The notes beneath the pieces were generated by a model. That model was not told where the DNA came from. It did no database searches and saw only the letters and a list, made by a program, of their open reading frames with translations. A DNA stretch of 59,649 nucleotides, counting the filler, from Platydemus manokwari (Eukaryota): the NCBI GenBank assembly GCA_037951405.1. It is 5 parts of 5 records of this genome, joined end to end, with 100 filler letters (N's around TTAATTAATTAA, not from the genome) between each part and the next. Parts side by side here need not be neighbours in the genome. Positions count along the whole stretch, not along the records: positions 23,418 to 34,885 come from JBBMOY010661096.1; positions 34,986 to 43,802 come from JBBMOY011344872.1; 3 more parts are not named here. One strand, given 5' to 3'. Position numbers and translations under genes: made by a program. Numbering within the stretch: position 1 is the stretch's first letter; each line of letters opens with the position of its first letter. Below are positions 26,501 to 38,281 of this stretch, piece by piece.

Positions 26501-27423
26501 TCACAAAAAAGAAAAAATAGCTAATAATTAATCGAATAATAATTAAAAAATTAAAACTCCTGGTTATTTGTAAAAATTGCTAATTAATTGTTGTATTTTA
26601 TTCATCATTGATTATTTCATTTTAGAGCAATTATATATTATTGTATCTATCATCTTATTTAGTTTATTTATATTTAATATCATCTACATCATTTTAATAC
26701 ACTGCCTTTTGGAGTCAGGCATTACGAGTATATAAATAATTAAATTTAAAAACTCTCTGAAGTTTGGAGTGAGTCAAAACTAAACAAGATTTATATTTAA
26801 GTGGTCCTCATTTATTTGACCCATCTTTCCTTTTTATATATTCTTAAATAAATAATTTTTATAAATTTATTGTTGTTTTATTTTCCACGAAATTTCCAAG
26901 TCTTTCCTTGCCCACTAATATGTCACAGCTTTAATTAGAAATTTTATCTGTTAGGTACCTGCTATCTCTACTCATTATTCATTAAACTGGTCTTTTCTTT
27001 TCAGTCTTCACTAGTCTTGATCATTGTATAAAGGTAACTACAAAACCTTTCACAATTCCACCAACTAGTCCATGGATAGATTGGTTTCATAGTTAATTTT
27101 ACTTGAAACCATCATTTCATAATTTGCTTACGGGTTGATCCGAATTGACGATCAACTTGATTGGATTCCATAATCAATTACCACTTGGGTATAACCAAAT
27201 GCTTTAATTATATTGATCTATGACACCAGTATGTCCTTTGCAGTATTAAAATTTAAATCTTCGAATAATAGCATCATTTTAGATGTCAATCAATATATAC
27301 ATATTAGATCGACAACAACCGTACATTTCCAATAAATTTTAAAAACAAAAATATTTTTTGTTTAAAATTTGTTTTTCGGTTTGATGATTTTATAGCTTTT
27401 TGCTCCAAATTTTTATGACTTTC

Positions 27424-28153
27424 AATTTAAAATGATTTTAATTATCATCACATAACATCTTATTGTATAATGATCGTAAATATTTAGTTGAACAATATCT
27501 TAATGCCGCGCTTTACGAGTTTATAAATAACTCTCACTCGATTTCATACCAAATAACTTTTGAATATTTTATTGTCATTTTAATACGATGTTAAGTGGAA
27601 TAAGAGGATTAGCTTTTAACGTGTCAAAACATGTTGAAGTTGTTTTTCGAAATTTAGTAAAAAATATGAAACAAGTTAAAGGTTTTCATCTAATAATCCG
27701 TTCAAGATTTTATTTTTGTAATGGATTAATTAAAGTAAATTAATTATCACTTATACATCAAATTTGATTTGTTTTTAGAAAATTCAAATTTACATACTAA
27801 TCTAATGCAGTAAAACACTGTTAGCTAATTAAATTTAATAAATTTACAAAACAAATCCATTTAAGGATTGAATAAGAAAATTAATCAAAACAACAGTAGT
27901 AGGTTTTGAAAAATTTAAAATGATTTTAATTATCATCACATAATTTCTTATTGTATAATGATCGTTAATATTTAGTTGAACAATATCTTAATGCCGCGCT
28001 TTACAAGTTTATAAATAACTCTCACTCGATTTCATACCAAATAACTTTTGAATATTTTATTGTCATTTTACTACGATGTCAAGTGGAATAAGAGGATTAG
28101 CCTTTAACGTGTCAAAACATGTTGAAGTTGTTTTTCAAAATTTAGCAAAAAAT
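27424..28153 (+). repeat. Direct duplication of about 240 bp (27424-27664 and 27912-28153)
   Basis: Two nearly identical copies starting aatttaaaatgattttaattatcatcacataa, with scattered substitutions. Confidence 0.9.
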
Positions 28154-29234
28154 GTTCAAATAATATAAGACTTATAATTAACAAAAAGCCCTTTATTAAT
28201 CATGTAATGCAAATGGATTTCATTTATATAAATTCTTTAAAATAGAATTTTCAATGCTTTCATTTAGTTTTCGGTTCATTTATTGAACATCAGGGCACCT
28301 AGTAAAACTAGATATATCAGGTTTGCATAAAAACACTTCTAATTGTAGATGAATAACAAAAATACTTTAATTTTAAAAGTTATTTTATTCGTAATTTCTT
28401 CCGAACTCATTTGTTATTTGAATGACAAAAGTATGCGATGCCGATGTTTTTTCTCATTTTTGAAAAGATGCCAAAGATATTGTTAAACGTGTCTGATATC
28501 AGACGATTCGTAAAAGCATTCCTGGCGCACTTTCATATCATTACAATGGCAGCATTTTGTTTTTGAAACGTTTTGGTGAAACACATAACGAGTTGATTTT
28601 TTTTTTGTTTTTAGGGGCCACAGTAACTTGTCTCAGTTCTGTCCAATCATGCCAATTATCAAATCGGTCTGACAAAACAAAAAACAACGGTTTGTTAACG
28701 CTTTGTAAATTGTTTGTGAGCGTGCATTCGTTTTTCTTTATTTATTCTTGTTACACTGTTCTGTGTTTCACTGCCTGGAATGACGGCACGCACACACAGG
28801 CACATTAATTGATGATAATCAATATTAGATTTTTTTTGGATTTTTTTTTCAGGAAATAATTTTGTCATTGTTTTCAGATTAAATATCAACTTATTTTAAA
28901 ACGAAATGGGAATGTTTTGTTTTTTGCTATGATTTTATAAATAATAATACTAGCATTGATTCGAGATGAACTTCATCAATAATTTATTATGCGTTTGGCA
29001 CTTGCTATTCAGATAGAGAAATGGGGGTTTGTTAAATAGTCCATTAACTTATTAAAAAGGGTTTTGTCACCAGTATTATCAAGTACAAAGACTACTGTAT
29101 CCAATGTAAGCTCATAACAATCGGTTATCTAAAACGTTCTTTAGAAAGTATCCAGTTTATTAAAATCCAGTGGTTGTTGTTAGTGAAACTTCATCACAGC
29201 ACAAAATCAATATCCAACCATATCTCTCTATCTT

Positions 29235-29571
29235 TGTCGATCCACTAGACCAGAACAACTGAATATTATAAGTAGCACTCTCTCTATGCGGACCAGTGTC
29301 TCTAAGTAGAATATATCGCCGACAAAGCGTATATTTATATAGTTGATGAGCAATCTTCTGTGAATGGCGCTAGTCTGAATAATGACGCCAATAAGAACAG
29401 TTAACAATATGTCAGCCAGTGAACCGTAACCTTTAGATACAGCGTAGTCTCTCTCTCTCTTGTTTCTATTTTGTAGCATATTGTCTTGCTTTGTATACTT
29501 TCAACAGTTGCTGATGCCTTGCAGTCCTTTTTATATACATATATATTTTGTAAATGAAGTCAACCGCCACA
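29235..29571 (-). mobile_element. Possible solo LTR (about 337 bp)
   Basis: Locally higher-GC block reading TGTGG...TCGACA on the minus strand with an internal TATA-like run. No clean TSD found. Confidence 0.3.
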
Positions 29572-29767
29572 ACCATAACATCCAAATTGATTCAACAGGT
29601 ACAAATCAAAGGTTATTGACTGTTTAAGAATTGTATGATGCTTTTAAGAGTTCTGATAACAATGAACACAAAGCACCTTTTGCTGAGGGTAATAAATCGA
29701 ACTTTCTACATTTGTTTAAATTTTCTTAACTCTATTATTTTAAACACAAGCTTTTGTCTTTCTAATG

Positions 29768-29832
29768 ATCTGATGGTGATGATGATGATGATGATGTTGA
29801 TGTTGATGTTGATGATGTTGATGATGTTGATT
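29768..29832. repeat. (GAT)n/(GATGTT)n microsatellite
   Basis: Direct reading. Confidence 0.9.
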
Positions 29833-29947
29833 TTATAATTCATTTGGAGATTGTTCAATGCATAATGAACTTTTTATTAACTTGTTTTTGCGTTTTCATT
29901 GATTCTCTAAAAAGAAAATTGAAACTGATCTCATTGTTGAATCAATC

Positions 29948-30112
29948 NNNNNNNNNNNNNNNNNNNNNNNNNNNNNNNNNNNNNNNNNNNNNNNNNNNNN
30001 NNNNNNNNNNNNNNNNNNNNNNNNNNNNNNNNNNNNNNNNNNNNNNNNNNNNNNNNNNNNNNNNNNNNNNNNNNNNNNNNNNNNNNNNNNNNNNNNNNNN
30101 NNNNNNNNNNNN
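29948..30112. other. Scaffold gap (N run without linker)
   Basis: 165 N with no TTAATTAATTAA insert. Confidence 0.95.
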
Positions 30113-30501
30113 TATTTTTACGATTATATTAATAATAAGTCTAATAATCAATACATTATATTAGACCATCGTTGTATTACACAGGCATTGATAAGACAGT
30201 CAAGACTAAATCGTGCCTTTAAGGCTGCCATATAAAATAACAGCTTTGCGAAGTACTTCAAGATGATATATACGCAATTTTGAATGTATTTTAATGAATT
30301 TTATGACCTCAACACGTATCACTTAATTATTAGAGTTCATGAAATCAATCCACCATTATATTAATAGACCAAATAAAAATTTTAATAATATATAATCAAT
30401 AATTATATCAATATATATTAGAAAATATAATTATATTATTAAAACCGAAAAGAAATATGATGAATGAAAATTCTATTTACAAAACTATCGATTAATGAAA
30501 T

Positions 30502-31839
30502 CTATTTGTTCCAAACGTCGGAAATTTCTTCTGAAAACGTACATCGTCGCTCTTCTTTGATTAATTGTTTCATATTCGCTGATTCGGTTTTCTCTTCCAA
30601 AAAATCGAGCTTTTTCTCGACATCTATGCTCAAATCCGATTGGCACAATCCCACACTCCAATGGTGCTTGATTCCACTGATAGTGAGAAATGAATTATTA
30701 CAATACGAACAATGGAATGGAGTTTCTCTTGTATGGAATCGCATGTGCATTTTCAAATAGGTTCCATGGGAAAATTGTAATTTGCAAATCTGACATTCAC
30801 ACAGCCTTTCGTTGTTGTGCAATCTCGAATGGGTTTTCAAATTGCTGGAACTGCTGAATCGTTTCAGACAAACCGAACATTCGTGCGGTCTTTCACCAGT
30901 ATGGACGAGATTGTGTTTCTGTAAATGTGCCAGTTGTGTGAAACCTTTGCCACACAGGTGACACTTAAACGGTCGCTCACCAGTGTGTGTTCGTTGATGG
31001 ACTTTTAAATTGGATAATTGACCGAAATGTTTACAACAAATCTGACATTGATATTTCGATTTGTTGAACCATTTCGGTGAACGGCTATAACTCAACGGTG
31101 GACTGTTGCTCGATGTTGTGCTTTGTTTCATATTGGGACTCATCGGTGGGGATTGGATTGTTTTGGTGATTGGAAATGATAATGGATTTTGGGATTGCGC
31201 ATTCATCCAGAGATAATCGAACATCAATAAAAGCTTTTGATGTTCTGGAGATTTGGAAAAATTTGGTGAACTCGACTCGACAATGCTACAGACATGATAT
31301 CGCCAATTGTTGAAACTCATCGAAGCTAATTTTGGTTCTTTCGACAGGATTAATTTTTCACGCTGTTTGATATTGGATTTTGCAACCAGAAAGAAGTCTT
31401 GTTCTTTGTAAACCAACATAACATTGGCTTCGGTCTTTGGACTAGAATGGTAGAGACATGTCAGCCATTGTTCCAGCTAAATTCGTGTATTGTGGTTATT
31501 TATAATCATTGAACTTCACAGTGCTTACCTTGTCACCAAGAAAGGTGATACACTGATTTTGCTCAAACCTTTTGCTGGCTCTGATACATTTCTAATACAA
31601 ATAAAATGAACAATTAAAAGTCAAATCCACCAATTCCATTTTACTTCGAATTTTTGATCTCGATCGACATACAAACCCAAAGACGGAATCAATTGGGACA
31701 GTTGATCATTATCATCGGATTTATTATTGAATAAATCTATAAAAAAATTGGAAAAAAAAACGTTTATTTTATTGTAAAAAGTCATTAAAAAAAATGTACT
31801 CTGAAAACCGTAATTGGTTTGCATCATAAATCTTCCCAT
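30502..31839 (-). CDS. PRDM1: PRDM1/Blimp-1 zinc-finger repressor with reduced PR domain; exons 31839-31800, 31736-31645, 31591-31529, 31476-30502 (389 aa)
   Basis: Five C2H2 fingers with Blimp-1-diagnostic helices [20 protein letters not shown] and [10 protein letters not shown]. Three upstream exons join in frame through GT-AG introns and give a PR-like segment QWLTCL...[29 protein letters not shown]. Confidence 0.92.
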
Positions 31840-31956
31840 ATTAATTGAAAGTAAAGTACGAGTTAAGTACTTTTTTCACTTAAAAAATGATTTAATTTTA
31901 TTGTCGGAGATGTTATAGATTTTTAGAATACAATCTAGCAATTGTTATCAGCAATC

Positions 31957-32083
31957 ATTTGATTGGCTGCTGCATATCGCGTTCATTAAAACTACCAGTG
32001 AAACATACAAGTAGTCTGAAGAGATGTTTTCATCGTACATGTATATGCCGCTGTTATTCATTAATCTGAAATTTGATTGGCTG
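31957..32083 (-). promoter_or_regulatory. Twin identical CCAAT-box elements upstream of PRDM1
   Basis: The 13-mer ATTTGATTGGCTG (CAGCCAATCAAAT on the gene strand) occurs at 31957-31969 and 32071-32083. Confidence 0.45.
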
Positions 32084-34885
32084 TCAGATTTGCTTGCATG
32101 TGATACAATATTTTTGAATTTCAGTGAGAGTTGATTTTCAGTTGTTTAAGACGTTTTTTTTGTTCGTTTTTCTTCTTTCTATTAATGACGGATAAGTGAC
32201 ACTGATCAAATCAAGATATTTAATTTTTGTGCAATCCAAATTTCGGTTGATTAGTGCTTGGTTTTGGTTGGTATGAATAGAATTTTTCTCTCGTGACGTA
32301 ATCGATATATGGACTTTGAAAAGTATGATTGACATATAGAAAAAGATCAAATTGGGTGTCAATTTATGATTAGTGGTCATTAAGAGAAATTTTTCTGAAA
32401 TGTTGAGAAACAAATGGTTGTGTATATCTTGTTCATTGTCCATAATCAATCTCAACCATTTCTTCTAATTTTCCACCAGCATAAATTGATATCTGATTGA
32501 TTATTACATCATTTGTAATTGATTATTGTTTCTATTATTGAATTTCATAAAACTGGTCAGTACAAATCGATTGCATCATAATTGTTGCTTATTATCGAAG
32601 CAACCGTTTCCAAAACGAACGAATAATTAGTCCACCGCGCACACACGCACACACAGAGACACAGAGACCGAGACTTGATTTGTTATTATTAAGATCGATA
32701 TTGATGTGAGAGAGAGAGGTCGATATCAGAACGGCAATATTGCGACAATGAATTTGATTGAAAGTGTTGAATCATTTTCACTTTTAATTACTAATTTTCG
32801 ATCGATAAGAATGTGATAAATTTATCAGCTTCCGAGATTCCTGCATACAGTGGTTTCTCTTGACTGATAATAGAAGTTTTGGGTATAAACTCAAATCGAT
32901 CGGTGGACTCGTACTGGGTTTATTTGTCTTCAGATAATGTCAGAGAAACTTTTGATATTGGGTTGTGGGGATATATTGGCTCTGTGACTGGCGATTGATA
33001 AGAGATGTATTGTTTATTCATCACTGCTTCGATGATGTGGGCCTTTGTTGTTTGTGGTTTGATATCGGGGAGAAATCGGGCTGAAATGGTCTCATTAAAA
33101 CGAAAATAAATCGTGTTGAGGTTCGAAAATTGTTAAATGCTACATCGTATTATCGATTTTTTTTTATTAATACATTATTATTATTATTATTAATGTCAAT
33201 AATAATAATAATAATAATAATCAATATTATTTATTTGGGAGATAAATTAATTTTTAAAAAGTCGTTACACCGTATGAAGTGTGTTAGTTGAGAGACTTAT
33301 CCTCATGCTGGTTAGAAATGTTGTCAGTGTCATCATTGAATGATATTCCGTGTAATTTTCGAAAGTAACTTCTAAAGAAAGCCAATGTTATGTAACCGAA
33401 ACTGATTAAAGATTAGGATCATTACATCATTTTGACTTGTGGTCATCTTTCGATTAGCTAATGCAAATCTTACCCAGCAACATAAATATCATGCTCATTC
33501 CATTTTTTGTTGGCCATCAACTCATAAAATGACCATTTGAGTAGTCGATATATGAATCGTTTGAAGTCATTATTAAACGGGCACATGTAGGTGATGTCAG
33601 AAAATCAATTGATTTTTTCATCCCTTTTTAATAAAATCATGAAAAATATCACCAAATATCAATGCCAATAACTATAATATGGAAAATGTTGTCAGATCTA
33701 ATTGATCGATAATAGGATTGGATTGATTGTATTCTAATGTTTTGTTACCAATCCATTGAAAATATTCTGATATGAAATAGCCTAGGTCAAATAGTTTCAA
33801 GGTATTTGAGATAATAATTATTAATAATAATTATTATCTCAAATAATATATATATATATATATATACTGTACTCATGTCAAGAGGGGCTCAACCACCCAC
33901 TCCATCAATTATCAATAATAAGTAGTTTTAAATTATCAATAGAGGACTTCAATAAGGTTGTTATTACGGATGAATTAATTCATCCTCTACGATTGCATAA
34001 CCACAATGAACAAGTCTATTCAATGAATTGTTCTCTTTGGTTTTCTATTGAATAAAGATCTTGTTCATTTAGCCAGTGAACATTTCGCATTGACAATGAA
34101 TAATTCAATGCTAAACAATATAGTTGATGATTTTTTTTGGTAAAAGAAAAAGTAACATTTTATATCAACCAAGCAAATTGTTCAAAAGCTTTCATCAATA
34201 AATTTATTAATTGGGATCAATTATTTACCACTCAATGTCTACTGGAATATCGTCGAGATGTTTTCTAATTGATTCCTGAGGGGTTATCAGAAATGTAGCG
34301 AGAATGTAAAATGATAATACAATATTAGATGATTATATATAAGGAAATAAATTTACCAAGAATCGACAATTTTAAGCCAAGGATCAATAATTGTTGACAG
34401 AAATCCGAGCTATGAGAAAAGAAGTTAATAATGACTGATACGACATACCACACGAAATAGACCTTATTGAAACATATTTGATCATTCTTTCCTACCAAAC
34501 ACATTGAAAGCATCAATCAAAAAAGAAACCAAAACAAAATTATAAGTTTCTTCAAAAATAAAATGTTTGGCTAAAGTCAAAAAAAAGGAAATTTTAAATT
34601 TATTAAGTGTATTGAAAAATTCTATATAGTTTATTTAACTATATTCTTTAAAAACATTTTGAATTTTTGTATTGAAGTACTTAAGAAGAATTTTAGTTGT
34701 TTGAAATCAAATATTAAATAGACAAAAGCTTAAAAATCTCCTAAAATTTGATTATTTGAAAAATGAAAAAACCAGGTCGAATTGCAATTTATTGAAAATT
34801 AGCGATGACCCTTTTTTAACATTAAAAGCAAATTGAGAGATATTCTCAATTTTTACAATTATTTTATAAAAATAACCAATGATAT

Positions 34886-34985
34886 NNNNNNNNNNNNNNN
34901 NNNNNNNNNNNNNNNNNNNNNNNNNNNNNTTAATTAATTAANNNNNNNNNNNNNNNNNNNNNNNNNNNNNNNNNNNNNNNNNNNN
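34886..34985. other. Artificial contig linker
   Basis: 44 N + TTAATTAATTAA + 44 N. Confidence 0.97.
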
Positions 34986-37900
34986 ATTGTTGTTTAAAAT
35001 ATTGTGGATAAAAATATTCAAAGTAAAATGGCAACCAATAAGAATATTATTTAAAAATGTATCTCAAATTATAAGAAAATATCTTTTAATTCATCATAAG
35101 AAATAATTTTGAAAAACATTTTATAAAAACTTGAAAATAATATCAATAATTCATACTTTTATTATAGAAAACTGAACACTCCATTTATATGCTATACCAT
35201 CAACAGAGAGCAATCAATTCAATAATTGAACATTAACTAATTAATTGTGCTATTATATCAAATATAAAACAACAACAATCTCGCACAAACAAACATCACT
35301 AACATTGGATTTTGTTTATTGGATGATAAAATAATTATAATCTGCACATTGAAAGTGTGATAGATAGAAATATCAAGCTTTGTTGATCAATGGTAAATAA
35401 TGACATGAATTATCATATCAGAAATAAAATTGGCTACAGTTTCATTAATTTTATACGATTTTCAAATGGTTGATGTTGAATGGAATTAATTGGATTCATT
35501 ATAAATTATTATTTGAAAATCAATATTTTTAAATCAATTTATTAGAAAATTAAATCTAGATCAGAAATTATATTATGACTTGTGTTTGACAACGATAATG
35601 ATGGAGTATCGTGTTAAATTGCCCTGCACTAATCGTGAAAAACAAAGCAGAAATAACTATATTTATGAAAAATAATTAAAATTCATAAAATCATTAAGTA
35701 GTTTATTTTAGAATTTCCAAAGTTTCTTTGGATATAAAACTTTTCGATATGGAATTAGTTCGGCAGTATTTGACGCTGAGCTGTGTGTAATTGAAATGAA
35801 TCTTAACTATGTTAAATGTGAGGTACGTAGTGGTACGAGAGGAAATTATAATCACTTATGGTTATAGTTCAGTAGCAAATAGTAGAAAAATACAGAAAAG
35901 AAGAATGGTGTTCGAACCTAAGAGTTATCGAAATGTGAACATGTCTTCAGGACAGATATTAGTTCAGTCGAAATATTAGTTAACATGTTTGGAATTTGTT
36001 TTGATTATAAGAGATATTGTCTAATTTATTTTGACGTCTTCAACTTATCTGACTCCAAAGTTTGAAAAGGTTATCGACTTGAAATATATTAATAATAATT
36101 AAAATGAAAGTCTAAATAGTGTAATGAAAAAATAATAAACAATGTATTAGGTAATTGAAATCAGTAAAATATAATAGATAACAGCTAAAGGACAATAAGA
36201 TTAAAAAATATTCAAGATTAATTAACGTCATGACCACCTGGAACAACGATTCCATTGCTTTTTACTAAGTTTCAAAAAACTTTGAAGAATAAAATAGTTA
36301 TTATTCAAATAGACTTATTATAGAGAGAGTTAATTTGATTTTATATTATATTAACCTCAATCGAGCTCGTTTGTTAGATAAAGTCTATAAGTCCTAAAAT
36401 CCTACAGTTTTATTTAGGTGAATCATACGTGCGTATTAGTCATTATTTTTGTGGTAGGAATCATTTGTAACTATTTTTAGACCTATTTTTATTTTAAGCA
36501 ACATTTTGTTTTAGAAAGTAATGTATTTTACAATTTATATGTTTAGTTTCCAATAAAAATGGTATGGTTTATATACAGGATTTTGAAGCTTATATACTAT
36601 TCCCAACAAGTTAGTCCGGATAAGGCTAATCGACCGATATAAATATAATTTTAATAGTATAGATTTTAAAATATTATATCAAGTAAATTTCTTGATCCTT
36701 CGCACCTTGTTGTTAACACTTTTTTTATGTAGAACCCAATATTACCAAATGTTCTCAAGTATTTTTCCGATGGAGCTTTCTCAACTTATTGTTTCGTCGT
36801 CTAGGTACAAGTATTGTAATAGGCCGCTTTTGGAAAAGAAATCAATTTTAATTTTGATGTGGAAAAATAAAAATATTTTAAATTTCTTAATTATAATTTC
36901 CACTTCTAAAATAGTATAAATAGGTACCAAAAATCGTCAAATTGCGCTCATTAAAATCTTAACGATAAAAAGATAATTCTGAAATAGAAAAGCTGCCTAC
37001 GATGTTATTCTCAAGAAGAAGTATTCACAAACTCCGAAGAGCACACAAATTACAATTCAGACAAAATACGATAAAAACTTGCGGAGACTAAAGAAATTTG
37101 GTTAATATCATAAAAACTATATATTTCTAAAATCCATATTTACAAGGTCGATTCGTCAAATTCAAACTAACCATTCCCTACCATAATCTGCGAGAGTTAA
37201 AATATGTGTTTGTTGAAAATAAATAAATCGATTGTTATGCCGATCAATTAATTAAAATAAATTTATTGTCTATAATTGTCTTTTGTAATATATAGAGAAA
37301 CAATATGAAATTGATTTAGCTTCAATAGCGGATTATTCTCATCAAATAGTCTTTGTTTTTGATTTGACATTTAATAATTGTTTTGAATTATTATAGTTTA
37401 TATAATGATTAGCTGTTCATCACAAGTTTATATTATATATAGCCATTATTTAAATAGACTGATATTAGAGAGGGTTAATTTGATTTTAAATAAGATTAGC
37501 CTCATCGGACTCACTTGTTGGGAAGACTTATAAGCCCCAAAAACCCAACATAACCAAAATATATACCATATCACTAAATATAATTGATTTTAGTAATTAG
37601 AAGTGCAATCCACCCATGAAAACAATAGAAGACACTGGAAATTCCAAAACCAGTTCTTTGCTCTTAATTAGATAAAATGGCAGAAAAATCAGATCAATTT
37701 AAGAAATTTAAACAGAACGAACATCATTAATCGTGTTAGAACATTTCTAGGATCTGAGGACGGAGTTATAAATGAATGAGTTACAATAAATATGAAAGTA
37801 AAGTTAAATATAAAATTGAACAGATAAAAATAAAATTATTACAAGACCTATGAAATTGGAAAACACAAATTAAACATTATCAAAATTAATTTTAAAAACA

Positions 37901-38281
37901 AAACAAGAACACTATTATCCACAATATTCTTAAGAAACTTAGTTACAATTTCATAATTAAAACAGTCTAACTAAATATTTGTAATGCAATTTCAACAACT
38001 GTCGAACTAAAGAAATTTCTGTAACGGTTAAAATAATTACTGAAATTAATATTCTTAAGAAAATTTTGAAACAAATAATTAAATTCCAGTCGCGAATTAT
38101 TTACAAAATATTAAAAATTTAAATTAGGCATGAAATTTTTTTCAAAATCACTTACAATACCATTTGATCTGATATAAGTACAACACTTAAAATAGTAATT
38201 GATATAAAAATATAAATTTTGTTTAAATACTTTTAGTTAACTTACGTTTTTTAAATATTTAAGATTGTAGTTTTTTTTCAA

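Noticed and set aside
27040-27300. Integrase-like traces on the minus strand (FGYTQVVIDYGIQ)
   Set aside because: Too degenerate; the DDE residues cannot be placed.
29635-30164. Poly-Met ORF and ORFs spanning N
   Set aside because: Microsatellite and gap artefacts.
35917-35951. Hammerhead-like CCUGAAGAC...GAUA...UUAGG on the minus strand; a similar trace near 55064-55095
   Set aside because: Core nucleotides are mutated and the stems too weak to support a call.
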